From the NCBI GenBank assembly GCA_030141605.1, contig JAQGDQ010001973.1:9376-18972 (forward strand): a stretch of DNA of 9,597 bases, written 5' to 3'. Positions 8,873 through 9,597 of the stretch are shown piece by piece. Each line of letters opens with the position of its first letter. Positions within the stretch are counted from its first letter, which is position 1. The stretch comes from Tubiluchus corallicola (Eukaryota; Animalia; Priapulida). The position numbers and the translations under genes were made by a program. The notes beneath the pieces were generated by a model. It did no database searches and was not told the origin of the DNA. It worked only from the letters and a program-made list of their open reading frames with translations.

Positions 8873-8927
8873 ATAAGGTGAGAAAATTGTTCTACTATAC
8901 TATAGAATATTCCAGATCTCCACAACA

Positions 8928-8937
8928 CCTCCCCACC
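8928..8937 (-). other. Polypurine tract (PPT)
   Basis: Minus strand GGTGGGGAGG directly abuts the TG start of the LTR, 25 bp after the pol stop codon. Confidence 0.85.
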
Positions 8938-8962
8938 GAAAACTGATGCTAACTCTGAAGCA

Positions 8963-9595
8963 TCAACAACAAAGTCTCTCTCTCGGCTTGGGTGTTCTCT
9001 TGGATCGTCTGGGGTTGTCCAGTCCATACTCTGGCACAGGCGGCTTGGTCTCGGACATGGGCCGAGGTGCTCCGGTCTGCTTCAGAGTTTCTGGCAGTTC
9101 TTCCAAGATCTCCATTGGATGATCAGGTGGAAGCTCAGAAGTAAAGTCCATCTCATCACCAGGTTCATAGTCCTCCACAGAAGTGTTGCTCAGACGTAGC
9201 TGTTTCCAGTGTCGTCTCCACAGGACCTTAGCGTTGAAGCAGCGAGTACCCAGAGACTTCTTGATGACTAGGGGATGTCCGTCTTGATGAGGTCCATAGT
9301 ACAGTGCATAGCCAGGATCTCCAGCCTTGTTCTGCTTGGTGACCTTGGCGACACCTCCCGAGTCTGGAGTTGACCGAGATGAATTCTTGGATTGCTTGGC
9401 CTGAGCGGTGTGCACTGGTGAGGGTAGCAGAGAGTCGATCCTTGTCCGTACCTGCTGAGACATCAATTGTTCACTCGGAGAGAATCCACAGGATGTCGGT
9501 GTTCTCTGGAACTGCATCAGGAACTCTTGAATAGCTCGCTTCAGGGGCAGAGAAGACTTCCTGAGTGCTTGCTTGAATGTCTGCACAAAGCGTTC
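8963..9595 (-). CDS. pol: C-terminal part of Ty3/Gypsy Pol (integrase, Mag/K02A2.6-like); frame open to the window edge
   Basis: ERFVQTFKQAL (the E of the DDE triad), FLMQFQRTP..GFSPSEQLM..VRTRIDSLLP, GDP..ALYYG, LWRRHWKQLR and a basic tail PRRSKRTPKPR. The GTG at 9586 is an internal Val, not a start. Departures from consensus suggest partial decay. Confidence 0.9.
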   Translation of the reverse strand, partial: ERFVQTFKQALRKSSLPLKRAIQEFLMQFQRTPTSCGFSPSEQLMSQQVRTRIDSLLPSPVHTAQAKQSKNSSRSTPDSGGVAKVTKQNKAGDPGYALYYGPHQDGHPLVIKKSLGTRCFNAKVLWRRHWKQLRLSNTSVEDYEPGDEMDFTSELPPDHPMEILEELPETLKQTGAPRPMSETKPPVPEYGLDNPRRSKRTPKPRERLCC

Positions 9596-9597
9596 TG

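Larger units (their letters stand above)
8622..8927 (-). mobile_element. 3' LTR (306 bp) of a Ty3/Gypsy retrotransposon
   Basis: 7-bp terminal inverted repeats TGTTGTG (8622-8628) / CACAACA (8921-8927), directly following the PPT. The minus strand has TATATAA (8826-8820) and AATAAA (8677-8672) in the expected order. Confidence 0.88.

Noticed and set aside
8408-9027. ORFs 8408-8653, 8749-8946 and 8845-9027 as genes
   Set aside because: The first is a chimera of the LTR end and the integrase relic. The others overlap the LTR or an alternative pol frame.

Overview
This is eukaryotic, probably invertebrate-animal, transposon-dense DNA with no confidently identifiable host gene. Bases 1-4837 are a head-to-tail, nested cluster of non-autonomous Helitron-like elements, all on the minus strand. 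They form two subfamilies (A and B) that share a ~600-bp core but have different 3' arms, each ending in a hairpin plus CTAG; the B arm carries a long CACCA-type microsatellite. Two decayed non-LTR retrotransposon RT fragments follow (L2/Crack/CR1-group at 4842-~6320, CR1-like at 7353-7893). The window ends with a Ty3/Gypsy (Mag/K02A2.6-like) element (integrase C-terminus, PPT, 306-bp 3' LTR) inserted into an older Gypsy integrase relic. That LTR has a perfect four-unit heat-shock element just upstream of its TATA box. All alignments and family calls were made by eye, without database searches.
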